A stretch of 64,000 bases of DNA. Source: a virus. Taxonomy: Duplodnaviria; Caudoviricetes. How positions within the stretch are numbered: position 1 is the first letter of the stretch; each line of letters opens with the position of its first letter. Shown here one piece after another: positions 1-10,127 of the stretch. Location of the stretch: IMG/VR virus record IMGVR_UViG_3300014204_000113, positions 96,001 to 160,000 of that record; one strand, given 5' to 3'. The notes below the pieces were generated by a model. It was not told where the DNA came from. It did not search any database and saw nothing but the letters and a program-made list of their open reading frames with translations. The translations under genes and the position numbers were made by a program.

Positions 1-198
1 ACTTCTTGCAGTGATGAGAAGATATATAATGGTTTTGGCGGGTGGAATGGAAAATACGATGCGGATACTGGCGCTAAAATAATCAAATATCCTAGATGCA
101 ATAGGTGCTATTTATTGGATAATCTTGGAATGGATACTGAAAACTTGGAATTTAAGATATATACTGAAACTACTCTTTCATATAAAATTAAGAATTAA
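1..198 (+). CDS. Partial hypothetical protein (5' end outside window)
   Basis: Frame 1 is open from base 1 to TAA at 196-198 and contains a CNRC motif. Confidence 0.5.
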   Translation, partial: TSCSDEKIYNGFGGWNGKYDADTGAKIIKYPRCNRCYLLDNLGMDTENLEFKIYTETTLSYKIKN

Positions 199-217
199 AT
201 AGATAGGATAGAAGGAG

Positions 218-1141
218 TTGAAAAATAGTATTATGTGGATTGATGATATTATAGAAAAACGTCCAGATTTAAGAATTGGAACAAATTATTTTAAAGATGC
301 TATTTTCTTTAAGCTACCTTCTGATATTATTACTGAAAAAGACATAAATAAAGTACATTTAGAATTAAAAGATTATTGTAAAAAGAATTCTAAAATAGAC
401 CAACCTTTAAATATTCCAACTGACAAAATAATATCTTATTATGATTTATCTATACCTCCATATAATAATACAATTTATTATTTTAATTTTGATAATAAAT
501 TAATGGTTTATTGGATAATTAAATTCGATTCCATATTTTATAATGATATAGATTATTATGGATATATTTTCTCTCCATTTATAGTAAAAAATAATAATGT
601 TTTACCTTGGGTTAATTATAATCCATTATCTAATATTGATGATATATACCCTAAGAAAACTGGTTATAGAATAGATTTTTTACAAAACAAAATGGATTTT
701 TCTGTAAATGTTGGTCATATTGAATTGAAATATTTTCAGACTGGTTCTCATGTTATATGTGATGAAGAAACCGATATAAATAAATATACTTTTGTTTCTA
801 ATTTATTAAAAATAAACTCTTTATTAAATTGTGTTAATGTAGTGAAAATAAAGAATAATCATTCAACAAAATTACAAAAAACTAGAATTAAAAAAGGAAA
901 ATTACCATTACAATCTTATTATACTTTACAACTTAAAGGAGTTTCTAAAAAATATGAAAATTTAATGACTGGTTTAGACCCTCAATGGACAAATCGAATT
1001 CATCTTTGTAGAGGGCATTTTAAAAGATATACTGAAGACAATCCACTATTTGGGAAATATACTGGATTGTGGTGGTGGCAACCTGCGGTTAGAGGGAAGA
1101 ATAAAAAGGGTATCATTTTCAAAGATTATGAACTAGTCTAA
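218..1141 (+). CDS. Phage hypothetical protein with C-terminal HxxRGHxR-like motif
   Basis: 307-aa ORF, GGAG RBS; C-terminal HLCRGHFKRY...WWWQPAVRG motif of a type common in phage proteins. Confidence 0.7.
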   Translation: MKNSIMWIDDIIEKRPDLRIGTNYFKDAIFFKLPSDIITEKDINKVHLELKDYCKKNSKIDQPLNIPTDKIISYYDLSIPPYNNTIYYFNFDNKLMVYWIIKFDSIFYNDIDYYGYIFSPFIVKNNNVLPWVNYNPLSNIDDIYPKKTGYRIDFLQNKMDFSVNVGHIELKYFQTGSHVICDEETDINKYTFVSNLLKINSLLNCVNVVKIKNNHSTKLQKTRIKKGKLPLQSYYTLQLKGVSKKYENLMTGLDPQWTNRIHLCRGHFKRYTEDNPLFGKYTGLWWWQPAVRGKNKKGIIFKDYELV

Positions 1142-1151
1142 GGAGACATTA

Positions 1152-3392
1152 ATGGAATTAAGTGAAAAATGGGATACAATCGAAAAATATTTAATCGAAA
1201 CTCGCTATGCTTTAAGAAATAAAGACGGAGAACCGTTAGAACACAATTATTATGATGTTCTAAATAGAATTTCTAGTCATTTAGATTATTTAGAAACAAC
1301 AGAAGATAAACCTTCAAAATTTTTTGATATTGAATCTATTAAAAAAGCATTATATAATAAATATATAATTCCAGCTTCCCCTTGTCTTATCTCTTTTGGA
1401 AATAATTCAACTAGAAGAAAAGGGTACTTTTCTTGCTTTCCATTAGGAAAAGTACCTGATGAAATGGAAGGAATAAACGAATGGTGTTATAAAATGGAAA
1501 GTATTTATAAATGTGGCGGCGGTGCAGGAATTGATATCTCTGGTTTAAGAAAAAAAGGCTCCCCTGTTGATGGAGGTCAAGGGGTTGCTTCTGGTCCTTG
1601 TGGTTTTTTACCCAGATTTGATGCGATAACAAGCACCACTAATCAAGGAGGGAGAAGAAGGGGCGCTCTGTTAGTTCAATTGGATTGGAACCATCCAGAT
1701 ATTATCGATTTTATTAATTCTAAATATGTTGCTTCTAAAGTAGCTTATTTTCTTTCTACATTACCACCTGAAATAAAACCACATCAAAATCCAATATTAA
1801 GTAATATGAATATTTCGGTAAATGTTGATGATGATTTTTTTAAAAATGAAAAATTATTGAATTTAATAATTAATAATATGTGGGAAACTGGAGACCCAGG
1901 ATTATTATTTATTAACAATATGATTAAAAATAGTCCATTTAAAGAGGAAGCCAGATTTTCGAACCCTTGCGGGGAGTATCTAAGTCCAGAAAATTTAGCT
2001 TGTAATTTAATTACAATAAATGTTGCTAAGTTAGCAAATGAATCTATTGTAAATCCAGATTTAGATAATTATGAATTTGATAATGATAAATTTTTATCTG
2101 AAATTCAAAAATATGCTGAATTAGCTTGTAGGTTTGGTAATTTTCTTATAACTTTAGATGAAGGTTATCCAGTTGAAGAAATAAGAATTCAAACTCAAAA
2201 ATTTAGACCAGTAGGAGTAGGCATGAGCGGTTTTCATACTGCTCTTATTTTATCTACTAAAGCAGAAGTCCCTTATGGAAGTGAAGAGGCTTGTAAGATT
2301 GCTAAAAATGTACAAGCTAACTTGACTTATGGAACTTTGATTGCTTCTGCTAATCTGTCATTTGAAAATGAAATAAGTTATCAAGGAGATATTGATTATT
2401 GGAAAACACATATAAATAATTTAGAAAAACATAATTTAGATGTTTCTCTTTTAAGAAAATGTATTAAAAAATATGGGGGTTTTTATAATTGTATTACGAC
2501 TAGTCAACCACCTACGGGAAGTGTTTCACAACTATTAAGAAATGTTGACACTGGAATAGAGCCATTTTCTCATTATGAAACGACAAGAAGAGTGAGAGAT
2601 TTTGAAGTTGGATGGAAAGAATTTACATTATATCCAGAAGCACTTTATCCTTTTTTATCTGAACCAACAATGAAAGAAAAATTAGAATCACAAACTTCAA
2701 TGAATATTTCATCAAAAGGGCAATTACAAATGCTTTCTGCCTTTCAAGAATATATCCATACAGGAGTAAGCAAGACGGTTAATGTTCCGTATGAAACTTC
2801 TAAGGAGCAAATAAAAGAAATTATTCTAGACGCTTCTAAATTAAAATTAAAAGGATTTACAATATTCAGAGATAAATGTAGAGAAGGAGTTATAAGCCAA
2901 ACTGTTCTTCAAAATAAATATGAAGAAAAAGATGAATTAGAACTTTCACCAATGAGGCAAGGAACGATTTTTGAAGTATCTGGCCCTGTTACAGCTTATG
3001 TAACAGTTAGTAGAGATAAACTATCTCGTCCTAGAGAAGTTTTTGTTCAAGTTGGGCCAGCAGGGACTATGTTAAATTCAATGCTTAGTGCTTTTGGTAG
3101 GGTTATTTCAGTAGCATTAAGAGAAAATCCAGAATTGATAGATAGGTTTATATATACTTTAAAATGTATAGAATCTAGCGAATTGTACAATTGTATTGAT
3201 GATTCTATGCAATTGCATTTAAGAAGTAATAGTTTGCCTGCTATTCTTTCTCAAATATTTGAATATATGAAAGGTGAAGGAATGAGCCAAGAAGTTTCAT
3301 TAGGAGATATATGTCCAAGTTGTGGAAAACTTTCTTTATTTCGTAAAGGTGGTTGTAAAAGTTGTGATTTTTGTGGTTTTACAAATTGTTAA
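1152..3392 (+). CDS. nrdJ: Class II (adenosylcobalamin-dependent) ribonucleotide reductase with C-terminal TSCPD-like domain and Zn ribbon
   Basis: Motifs SCF, GGGAG, QGGRRRGA, NPCGE (thiyl radical Cys), PTGS, GVSKTVN; C-terminal CPSCG...CDFCG; no R2 subunit nearby. Confidence 0.9.
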   Translation: MELSEKWDTIEKYLIETRYALRNKDGEPLEHNYYDVLNRISSHLDYLETTEDKPSKFFDIESIKKALYNKYIIPASPCLISFGNNSTRRKGYFSCFPLGKVPDEMEGINEWCYKMESIYKCGGGAGIDISGLRKKGSPVDGGQGVASGPCGFLPRFDAITSTTNQGGRRRGALLVQLDWNHPDIIDFINSKYVASKVAYFLSTLPPEIKPHQNPILSNMNISVNVDDDFFKNEKLLNLIINNMWETGDPGLLFINNMIKNSPFKEEARFSNPCGEYLSPENLACNLITINVAKLANESIVNPDLDNYEFDNDKFLSEIQKYAELACRFGNFLITLDEGYPVEEIRIQTQKFRPVGVGMSGFHTALILSTKAEVPYGSEEACKIAKNVQANLTYGTLIASANLSFENEISYQGDIDYWKTHINNLEKHNLDVSLLRKCIKKYGGFYNCITTSQPPTGSVSQLLRNVDTGIEPFSHYETTRRVRDFEVGWKEFTLYPEALYPFLSEPTMKEKLESQTSMNISSKGQLQMLSAFQEYIHTGVSKTVNVPYETSKEQIKEIILDASKLKLKGFTIFRDKCREGVISQTVLQNKYEEKDELELSPMRQGTIFEVSGPVTAYVTVSRDKLSRPREVFVQVGPAGTMLNSMLSAFGRVISVALRENPELIDRFIYTLKCIESSELYNCIDDSMQLHLRSNSLPAILSQIFEYMKGEGMSQEVSLGDICPSCGKLSLFRKGGCKSCDFCGFTNC

Positions 3393-3432
3393 ATAAGATG
3401 TAGATAGTTAAATCACATTAAGGAAATCAATT

Positions 3433-3837
3433 ATGCATCAAGAAGACTTTAAAACCATGGATGACAAAAATCGAAAATCAATCATCGGACAAGTCAAGAA
3501 ATACAAAAACACATTGGTCTTGTTTTCTTTCGAAGTTTGCGAACTGCTTGATTGGGTTGACGGAGAAGACGACTATTATTGGGTGGTAAACACCAACAGG
3601 GAAATAATCTGGAGTAGTTGTGTTGGCGGTTTCATTCCATTGATAGAATATCTTCCTAAAAATCTGTATGACGGCTTGAAGAAAACTTGGGATTACAATG
3701 ATTCTTTTAAGTGGGATGGTGGTGAAAGACTTAAACAAATAAAAGCCAATGGTTGGGTTGATGAAGAATACAGAAGCAGGATTAATGAAGAATATGAAAA
3801 TAGTGTTTTAAAAGAGATATTTAATAAGGAGGGATAG
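3433..3837 (+). CDS. Hypothetical protein
   Basis: 134-aa ORF with AAGGA RBS, packed in the operon. Confidence 0.65.
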   Translation: MHQEDFKTMDDKNRKSIIGQVKKYKNTLVLFSFEVCELLDWVDGEDDYYWVVNTNREIIWSSCVGGFIPLIEYLPKNLYDGLKKTWDYNDSFKWDGGERLKQIKANGWVDEEYRSRINEEYENSVLKEIFNKEG

Positions 3838-4296
3838 ATGAAAGGTTTGTGGAATAAAATAAAAAATTCAATTCCAATTAAGGTAATTAAAAAAGAAAAT
3901 CTGAAATCAATATGCGATGAAGTTGATAAACAAATTAAAAGAAATTATAATTTGCAATATGATAATGAACAATCAATAAAAAGAATCAAATTGCTTGAAG
4001 AAAAGATAATTCCAGCAATGCCTATGATTTATGGTTTAAAATCACAATTGGATTATAAAGACAGATTGCTTTATTTCACCGTCACATTAGATTCTGAAAT
4101 ATTTTATCGAATGCCACAAGTAAATGGAGGTATTGATTATATTGCAGATTACATTTGCCATTCAATCAGAAGAGAATTGTCCATGATAAATATTTCCAGA
4201 TTGCCTGATTATTGCAGAAAAATAAAAAGGGATAGATATGACCAGAAAGAAATCAAAGCAAACCTCTACACAAGCGGTAAAATTGAAGAAAGATGA
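3838..4296 (+). CDS. Hypothetical protein
   Basis: 152-aa ORF with GGAGG RBS, abutting the previous gene. Confidence 0.65.
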   Translation: MKGLWNKIKNSIPIKVIKKENLKSICDEVDKQIKRNYNLQYDNEQSIKRIKLLEEKIIPAMPMIYGLKSQLDYKDRLLYFTVTLDSEIFYRMPQVNGGIDYIADYICHSIRRELSMINISRLPDYCRKIKRDRYDQKEIKANLYTSGKIEER

Positions 4297-4783
4297 TTTG
4301 TTAGATGAATTATTAAATTCTTTGGATGACAAACATTGGGAAACTATATGCAAATTATTAGGAAGGGAAATATCTGAATCAAAGACGACTAGGAAGAACT
4401 TGCTTGGCAAACTATTTAAAAAGACCATAAAAGTTTCTTCTAGAAAGGGACGTGGACGCGATTTACAGAATTGGGTAGCAGAGCAGATAAGTATTTTGAC
4501 TGACACTCCTTGGGGAAAGGATGAAGAAATAACGAGTCGGGAGATGGGGCAGAGCGGCGACGATGTGAGAATTTCGCCTAGAATAAGACGATTATTTAAT
4601 TTTTGTGTGGAGTGTAAGAATTGCGAGACATGGAATCTTGGCGCATTTGTAGAACAAAGCAAGAGGAATTGTTTACAAGATTCTAATTGGATAGTATTTC
4701 TTAAAAAGAATGGTATGGAAGAATTAGCTGTCTTGGATGCTAGAGCCTTCTTTTCTATAATGAAAAAGGTCATTGCAAAATGA
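4238..4783 (+). CDS. PD-(D/E)XK nuclease, putative Holliday junction resolvase
   Basis: SSRKGRGRDLQ ... GQSGDDV ... VECKN pattern typical of phage Hjc-like resolvases. Confidence 0.7.
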   Translation: MTRKKSKQTSTQAVKLKKDDLLDELLNSLDDKHWETICKLLGREISESKTTRKNLLGKLFKKTIKVSSRKGRGRDLQNWVAEQISILTDTPWGKDEEITSREMGQSGDDVRISPRIRRLFNFCVECKNCETWNLGAFVEQSKRNCLQDSNWIVFLKKNGMEELAVLDARAFFSIMKKVIAK

Positions 4784-4983
4784 GCAAACTTCTTTTTCTT
4801 CATATTAAAAGTTGCGAAGAATGTCCTTATTTAGAAGATTATGATAGAAATTCTGTATATTGTGGTCATCCAGAATCGCCAAGATATTCTGAAGCAATCA
4901 TAAACAATGTTTATAAATTTCCAAATTGGTGTCCATTAACAAACAACGAACCGCATGATGTGGATGATATGTATAAGGACTAG
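4780..4983 (+). CDS. Small Cys-rich hypothetical protein
   Basis: CEECPY...CGH...PNWCPL; ATGA overlap with the upstream gene. Confidence 0.6.
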   Translation: MSKLLFLHIKSCEECPYLEDYDRNSVYCGHPESPRYSEAIINNVYKFPNWCPLTNNEPHDVDDMYKD

Positions 4984-5155
4984 AAATGACAAGAGAATAT
5001 GAATTAGAAATAGTTAAAGATGGAAAAGTGGTTCGTATAATAGAAGAATCCAACCATGATTCACAACGCATTAGAGAAATGGAATGGGATGGTCATAAAT
5101 TTGACATGACTGAATTATATAAAAAAGTAAAAAAGAAAAATGAATAGGTGTTAAA

Positions 5156-5539
5156 ATGTCTAGACAGTTTCTTTTTTCTGTAACTAAAGATGATTTGGAA
5201 GTTCAGACCTTTAGATGTGGTGGGCATGGTGGTCAAAAGGTCAACAAAACTTCCAGCGGAGTAAGGATAATCCACAAAGAATCTGGCGCGGTTGGTGAAT
5301 CAAGAGAGGAAAGAAGTCAGTGGCAAAACAAGAAAATAGCCTTGAGAAGATTAGCAGAACATCCCAAATTCAAAGTATGGCTTAACAAGAAATATTATGA
5401 ATTGAAAATAGGAAAAACTATTGATCAAATTGTGGATGAAATGATGGATTTGAGTAATATTAAAATGGAAGTTAGGGACGAAAAAGGAAGGTGGGTTATC
5501 TATGAGGAGAAAGAAGATGCCACGACTCTATTGTCTTAA
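5156..5539 (+). CDS. Stand-alone RF-1-family GGQ domain protein (ArfB/PrfH-like peptidyl-tRNA hydrolase)
   Basis: FRCGGHGGQKVNKTSSGVRIIH...SREERSQWQNKKIA matches the release-factor catalytic domain. Confidence 0.85.
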   Translation: MSRQFLFSVTKDDLEVQTFRCGGHGGQKVNKTSSGVRIIHKESGAVGESREERSQWQNKKIALRRLAEHPKFKVWLNKKYYELKIGKTIDQIVDEMMDLSNIKMEVRDEKGRWVIYEEKEDATTLLS

Positions 5540-5699
5540 ATGCAAATCGGAATGGAAGTCAACCAACCCATTGTCAACTTGTGAATTTTGTGGAACTAAA
5601 GGGCACCTCTTGGAAGAGAATGCCCCTTTTGAGAAATCATTTGGTGAAAACACAAAAGATGCCATTAAAATAACTAAGAATTATTTAAATCAAAGATAA
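5502..5699 (+). CDS. Small zinc-ribbon protein
   Basis: CLKC...CEFC motifs. Confidence 0.55.
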   Translation: MRRKKMPRLYCLKCKSEWKSTNPLSTCEFCGTKGHLLEENAPFEKSFGENTKDAIKITKNYLNQR

Positions 5700-5703
5700 A
5701 TAA

Positions 5704-6801
5704 ATGACCATCAATTCAGCAGAACTTTCATATTTTCAAAGTCATCAGAAGACAGTACTAGAATTGCATGAATCAGTTAATGCTATCATAGGCATTAGCG
5801 ATAGTGGAAAATCAGCAATAAAAAGAGCAATAAAATGGAATGTTGAGAATAGACCAAGTGGTGAAGAATTCAAATCTGATTTCGCCCCAGATGAAGAAAC
5901 TAGAGTTTCATTATTTGTAGAAACAGAAGTTAGAAGAGGTCGCTCTAAAGACTCCAATTATTATTGGATGGATGGAATAAGATATGAAGCATTTGGTCAA
6001 GATGTACCACAACCGATAAAAGATAAATTGAATCTAGGTAGTCTCAATATTCAAAATCAGTTTGACCCACCTTTCCTTCTTTCAGAATCCCCAGGCGCAG
6101 TTGCTAGATACCTTAATCAAGTAGTTGATTTAGATGACATAGATGAATCAATAAAAAATGTCAATACCCTTTTGAAAAAGACAGAAGGACAATTATCTAA
6201 CAATAAAGAAAGATTGGAGAAACTTGATTCTGAAATTTTAACTTATCCAGATTTCAATAAGTTAGATAAACTTATTATTGAAGCTGAAAAACTAAACAAG
6301 ACGCTGCAAGAAAATAAATATACTTCACAACTTCTTCTACAAACCATATCTGAAATAAAAGAATCTCAGAAAATACTTGATTCCATAATAATTCCAAAAA
6401 TTGACATTGGAGAAATTGAATTTCTTTTAAAATCATATGAAGAAAAATCTGATGTTGTAAATAAATTAGAATTTACTATAAACAAGGTTAATGAATCAGA
6501 AAAAATAATAAAATTAATTAACATACCAAATATAAATGTTTTAGAATTAGAAAAAATTATTGATGAATATGAATTCTTGAATCAAAAAATTAAAGGGCTT
6601 CAATCTTTAATCAGAACAATTGATGATATTGAAAAAACCATACTTGAGACTGGAAAGGAGATAATTGAATGGGGGAAGAAATTACAGGAACAGATGGGGG
6701 ATCGTTGCAAACTGTGCGGACAATCGGTGTCGCAGCACTCTCTATTATTGGAAAGTGCTCATGGTGTGGCAAGGAGAAAGAAGAAGGAGATAAATGGGTG
6801 A
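5704..6801 (+). CDS. SbcC/Rad50-like ATPase, N-terminal half (Walker A, coiled coil, Zn hook)
   Basis: Walker A GISDSGKS, Q-loop IQNQFD, long coiled coil, CKLC hook near the C-terminus; no Walker B. Confidence 0.85.
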   Translation: MTINSAELSYFQSHQKTVLELHESVNAIIGISDSGKSAIKRAIKWNVENRPSGEEFKSDFAPDEETRVSLFVETEVRRGRSKDSNYYWMDGIRYEAFGQDVPQPIKDKLNLGSLNIQNQFDPPFLLSESPGAVARYLNQVVDLDDIDESIKNVNTLLKKTEGQLSNNKERLEKLDSEILTYPDFNKLDKLIIEAEKLNKTLQENKYTSQLLLQTISEIKESQKILDSIIIPKIDIGEIEFLLKSYEEKSDVVNKLEFTINKVNESEKIIKLINIPNINVLELEKIIDEYEFLNQKIKGLQSLIRTIDDIEKTILETGKEIIEWGKKLQEQMGDRCKLCGQSVSQHSLLLESAHGVARRKKKEING

Positions 6802-7067
6802 CATGGTGTTGCAAAGGGCATTGCTATTTGGGGAATAGAGAACTTAAAAAACAGAAAGAAAAAGAAGAAGAAAGATTAAGACCTAAACCTAAACGTCATT
6901 GTCTTATGTGTGGTAAGAAAGATATTGAAGAATGGTTTTGTCCAATTTGCAAACCAATTAAGAACAATTTAAGTAGTATTTATGCAGATGAAGCATTGGG
7001 GATTGCAAGTTTTGGTTTTTCGATTGTCGAAATGAACCGGGAATGGGGAAGTGGGAATAAACTATAA
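6669..7067 (+). CDS. Cys-rich zinc-finger hypothetical protein (start uncertain)
   Basis: CSWC, CLMC and CPIC motifs; overlaps the end of the upstream gene. Confidence 0.5.
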   Translation: MGEEITGTDGGSLQTVRTIGVAALSIIGKCSWCGKEKEEGDKWVTWCCKGHCYLGNRELKKQKEKEEERLRPKPKRHCLMCGKKDIEEWFCPICKPIKNNLSSIYADEALGIASFGFSIVEMNREWGSGNKL

Positions 7068-7079
7068 AAAGGAATAAAT

Positions 7080-7316
7080 ATGAAATTTTATGTTAAAGAA
7101 CATGATGAAAAAGTAGATGCGATTACCATTCCCAATTCTCAAGAAGATGACCCATATTGGTTTGCACATGAAGCAGCTAAATATTTTTACCAAGAATGTG
7201 ATGGTTGGGAAGTTGAATGGCCATTAACCTTTATTGTTTTAAAAGATAGCAAAGAGTATGAATTTGAAATTGACTTAGATTTTGAACCTACTTTTTATGT
7301 TATGGAGAAAAATTAA
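7080..7316 (+). CDS. Acidic hypothetical protein
   Basis: ORF with AAGGA RBS. Confidence 0.6.
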   Translation: MKFYVKEHDEKVDAITIPNSQEDDPYWFAHEAAKYFYQECDGWEVEWPLTFIVLKDSKEYEFEIDLDFEPTFYVMEKN

Positions 7317-7574
7317 ATGGAAAATCTTGAAGAAATTTTGAAAGACGAAGATGACGAAATCCAAGAAGAACTTTCTGTAATTCTTACTAAAAAAGGGAAG
7401 GTCTATTTCATAACACCAGAGACCACCAAAGATGGCATTAACAACACAGCCAAACTCATAGCCCACTTGATTATAAATTGGGCGCATGGCATAGGGGAAA
7501 AATTAGGCTCCTTTGAAAATTCTTCTATTGTAGTCCCGACCTTGGAACTCGGGCTGCCAAAAAAATTCAAGTAG
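7317..7574 (+). CDS. Hypothetical protein
   Basis: ORF abutting the previous stop codon, GGAG RBS. Confidence 0.6.
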   Translation: MENLEEILKDEDDEIQEELSVILTKKGKVYFITPETTKDGINNTAKLIAHLIINWAHGIGEKLGSFENSSIVVPTLELGLPKKFK

Positions 7575-7587
7575 AGGTACTTTTCTA

Positions 7588-7616
7588 TTGCGCGACCAGC
7601 CTAAAAATTCTATAAT
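7588..7616 (+). promoter_or_regulatory. Sigma70-like promoter
   Basis: TTGCGC-17 nt-TATAAT in an intergenic gap. Confidence 0.6.
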
Positions 7617-7642
7617 AAAGGAAGAGTGGTTAGGAGTAAAAT

Positions 7643-8044
7643 ATGGACAAAAAGAAAATTGCAGAAATAATGTTTGAAGGGGAAAGAGCTAAAATAGCTT
7701 TAGAAGGTTCTCTTTTTGATACTGGAGTTCCATTTGAAGAACTTGGATTTGATGATTATGATTGTTCTTTAGAACTTTTTGATGTTGATGATGAATATTG
7801 TTTATCAGTAGAAGCACAAAAACTTATTTACGATGCAGGCTTTATAAAAGTCTATATGAACCATAAAAATAAGTGGGAAACACATTATACTTTTCTTTCT
7901 GCTCCATTTGAAGAAGTTGAAGGCTGGAGAGTAAGTTATCCATCTAAAAGAGGAAAAGAAGAGAAAGGTATTTGGGTAGAAAAGATAGTAGATGGTTGGC
8001 CAAAAGATTGGTTAGAAACAGGATATGTAATTGTAAAAAGTTAA
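7643..8044 (+). CDS. Hypothetical protein
   Basis: ORF with AGGAG RBS downstream of the promoter. Confidence 0.65.
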   Translation: MDKKKIAEIMFEGERAKIALEGSLFDTGVPFEELGFDDYDCSLELFDVDDEYCLSVEAQKLIYDAGFIKVYMNHKNKWETHYTFLSAPFEEVEGWRVSYPSKRGKEEKGIWVEKIVDGWPKDWLETGYVIVKS

Positions 8045-8204
8045 ATAAAATGATGGGTTGGCGTATAAAACTCAAGAATGGCTACGAATATGATGTCACT
8101 TCAAGAAAATGGCGTCATTGGCTTTGTTATATGGGTCGTGCTGGAGTTTCTTCTGCAATCAAAAGACAGATGAGAAAAAGGTTAAGAAGATTGAATAGGA
8201 AAAT

Positions 8205-9119
8205 TTGCAGGAAGGAAATATGATTTTTTGCGCGGATATTCACGCAAGGTATTCAAGGCCGAAAGCAAGAAAAGACAATTATCTTGAAACACAAGATAGG
8301 AAATTAAGATTTCTTTGCCAATTGGCTCAAGAATCTCCTCCTTGGTTAATTTCAGGAGACTTGCTTGACAAAGCCAATTCTAACCAATGGCTTGAACAAT
8401 ACTTGATAAGTCTTTTCAAAGAATATAAAATTAGACCAGTAATATGTTTAGGTCAACATGATTTGGTAAATCACAGTATGGAATTGTTTGATAACAGCAG
8501 TATTTCAGTTCTTCTCGCTGCCGAAGTGATTAGAATTGTCAAAGAAGGAAAAACGTTTTTTACCGATGATTATTGTATATACGGAGCATCTTATGGGGAA
8601 GAACCAAATTTAGGCGTTACAATAAATGGCAAAAAGAATATCCTCCTTTGGCATAAGATGGTAGTACAAGACGATCCATTATGGGTCAATCAATCTGCCG
8701 ATACTGGCGAAAAGATTCTAAGAAAATATAAACAATTTGATATTATTTGCACAGGAGACAATCACAACACCTTTGTTTGTCAAAGCAAGAATCGTTTTCT
8801 TGTGAACAGTGGAAGTATGATGCGTTTAAAAACCAATCAGAAAGATCATAAGCCTTGCGTTTTCAGATGGGATAAAGGTAATTTAGAACAAATCTTTTTA
8901 CCTATAGAAGAAGACGTTTTTGACGACAGCCATATACTTGAAAAAGAAGAAAAAGAAAATAGATTAGATGGATTTATAACTAAATTGAACGAAATACGCC
9001 CAGAACTTAATGAAAATTCATCTGTTTCATTTAAAGGGAATTTGAAGAATTTCTTTCAAGTAAATAAAGACATGAGAGATGTGGAAGAAATCACATGGAG
9101 ATGTGTACCAAAAGGATAG
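8205..9119 (+). CDS. SbcD/Mre11-like metallophosphoesterase (recombination nuclease); likely start at ATG 8220
   Basis: ADIH, GDLLD, GQHD, WH and GDNH motifs; lies between the SbcC halves. Confidence 0.85.
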   Translation: MQEGNMIFCADIHARYSRPKARKDNYLETQDRKLRFLCQLAQESPPWLISGDLLDKANSNQWLEQYLISLFKEYKIRPVICLGQHDLVNHSMELFDNSSISVLLAAEVIRIVKEGKTFFTDDYCIYGASYGEEPNLGVTINGKKNILLWHKMVVQDDPLWVNQSADTGEKILRKYKQFDIICTGDNHNTFVCQSKNRFLVNSGSMMRLKTNQKDHKPCVFRWDKGNLEQIFLPIEEDVFDDSHILEKEEKENRLDGFITKLNEIRPELNENSSVSFKGNLKNFFQVNKDMRDVEEITWRCVPKG

Positions 9120-9122
9120 GAA

Positions 9123-9311
9123 ATGAGAAATATAACAACTTTTTATGGAGAGCCTATTGATTTTTGGATTGAATTAAAAAGACAATCAGAAAAAATGAAT
9201 TTTTGCCATTTAATAAAGGAAATTGCAGAATTAAGGTCTAAAGTTAATTTCTATGAATCAAGGATAAAGGAATTGTCAAAATTTATGGAAATTAAAGGAA
9301 TAAACAAATGA
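9123..9311 (+). CDS. Hypothetical protein
   Basis: Short ORF in a tightly packed operon. Confidence 0.5.
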   Translation: MRNITTFYGEPIDFWIELKRQSEKMNFCHLIKEIAELRSKVNFYESRIKELSKFMEIKGINK

Positions 9312-9496
9312 TTGTAACTTCATTTAGGACTGAAAAAATTCATTATAGAAATATAGAAGAATTAAATAGAAAATTAGCAAAACTTGAAGCAAAACAAATA
9401 ATTAGAATTGAAAGTTGTCTTCCAGAAGAAACAAATACAAACGTCTATTGTGTTGAATTATTTCTTGAATATTATTATGGAGGAACTGCATTTTGA
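9308..9496 (+). CDS. Hypothetical protein
   Basis: Short ORF overlapping its neighbours by 4 nt. Confidence 0.5.
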   Translation: MIVTSFRTEKIHYRNIEELNRKLAKLEAKQIIRIESCLPEETNTNVYCVELFLEYYYGGTAF

Positions 9497-9735
9497 CCCA
9501 ACTATACGAACAAGATATCTTTAAAATTAAAGAAACCTATGATGAAAGAATAAACAAAAAAGCCAGGGCCGAAGGGGAACTTACGGCCCAAACAAAAAGA
9601 TTGAATGAGGAATTCAATTGCAAGGATTTAAAAGAAGCAAATGAATTTTTGGAAGAACTTCAAGAAGAAAGAGATGAAATTAAAGTTAAACTTGAACATA
9701 AAGTGAAAGAAGCTAAGGAATTGTTAGGAGAATAA
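9493..9735 (+). CDS. Small coiled-coil protein, possibly an SbcC-associated coil segment
   Basis: E/K/L-rich heptad pattern; GGAGG RBS. Confidence 0.6.
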   Translation: MTQLYEQDIFKIKETYDERINKKARAEGELTAQTKRLNEEFNCKDLKEANEFLEELQEERDEIKVKLEHKVKEAKELLGE

Positions 9736-9939
9736 ATGATAACTGTATCAATTTCTATAAATGGCCAGCCTATCTATACGAGGTCTGCGGTTAATGTTAC
9801 AGAAGAGGCTGGTGGTAAATATGGAAAAGGCAAACAAGTTTATCGAATGGACACTGGTGAAATTTTAATAAACCATAAAACAGAAGATGGTGCAATCAAA
9901 CTTGCTTGTCGGATGTTAGAAACAATTAAAGAAGTATGA
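9736..9939 (+). CDS. Hypothetical protein
   Basis: ORF with AGGAG RBS. Confidence 0.55.
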   Translation: MITVSISINGQPIYTRSAVNVTEEAGGKYGKGKQVYRMDTGEILINHKTEDGAIKLACRMLETIKEV

Positions 9940-10127
9940 AATTCACAATATCTAAAATAATTTGCGATTGCGGCAATGAAATTTTCTGGGAACCAATGGA
10001 ATTTGAAGATGGCGACTGGATTCTTATTTGTTGTGATAAATGCAATAAAGATGAAGGTTATTACATAGACTTAGTTTATGACTTTGGGAATAGAGATGGA
10101 CTTAGAAAACCTGAAAATCCAAATTGA
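9936..10127 (+). CDS. Small Cys-containing hypothetical protein
   Basis: CDCG...CDKC motifs. Confidence 0.5.
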   Translation: MKFTISKIICDCGNEIFWEPMEFEDGDWILICCDKCNKDEGYYIDLVYDFGNRDGLRKPENPN

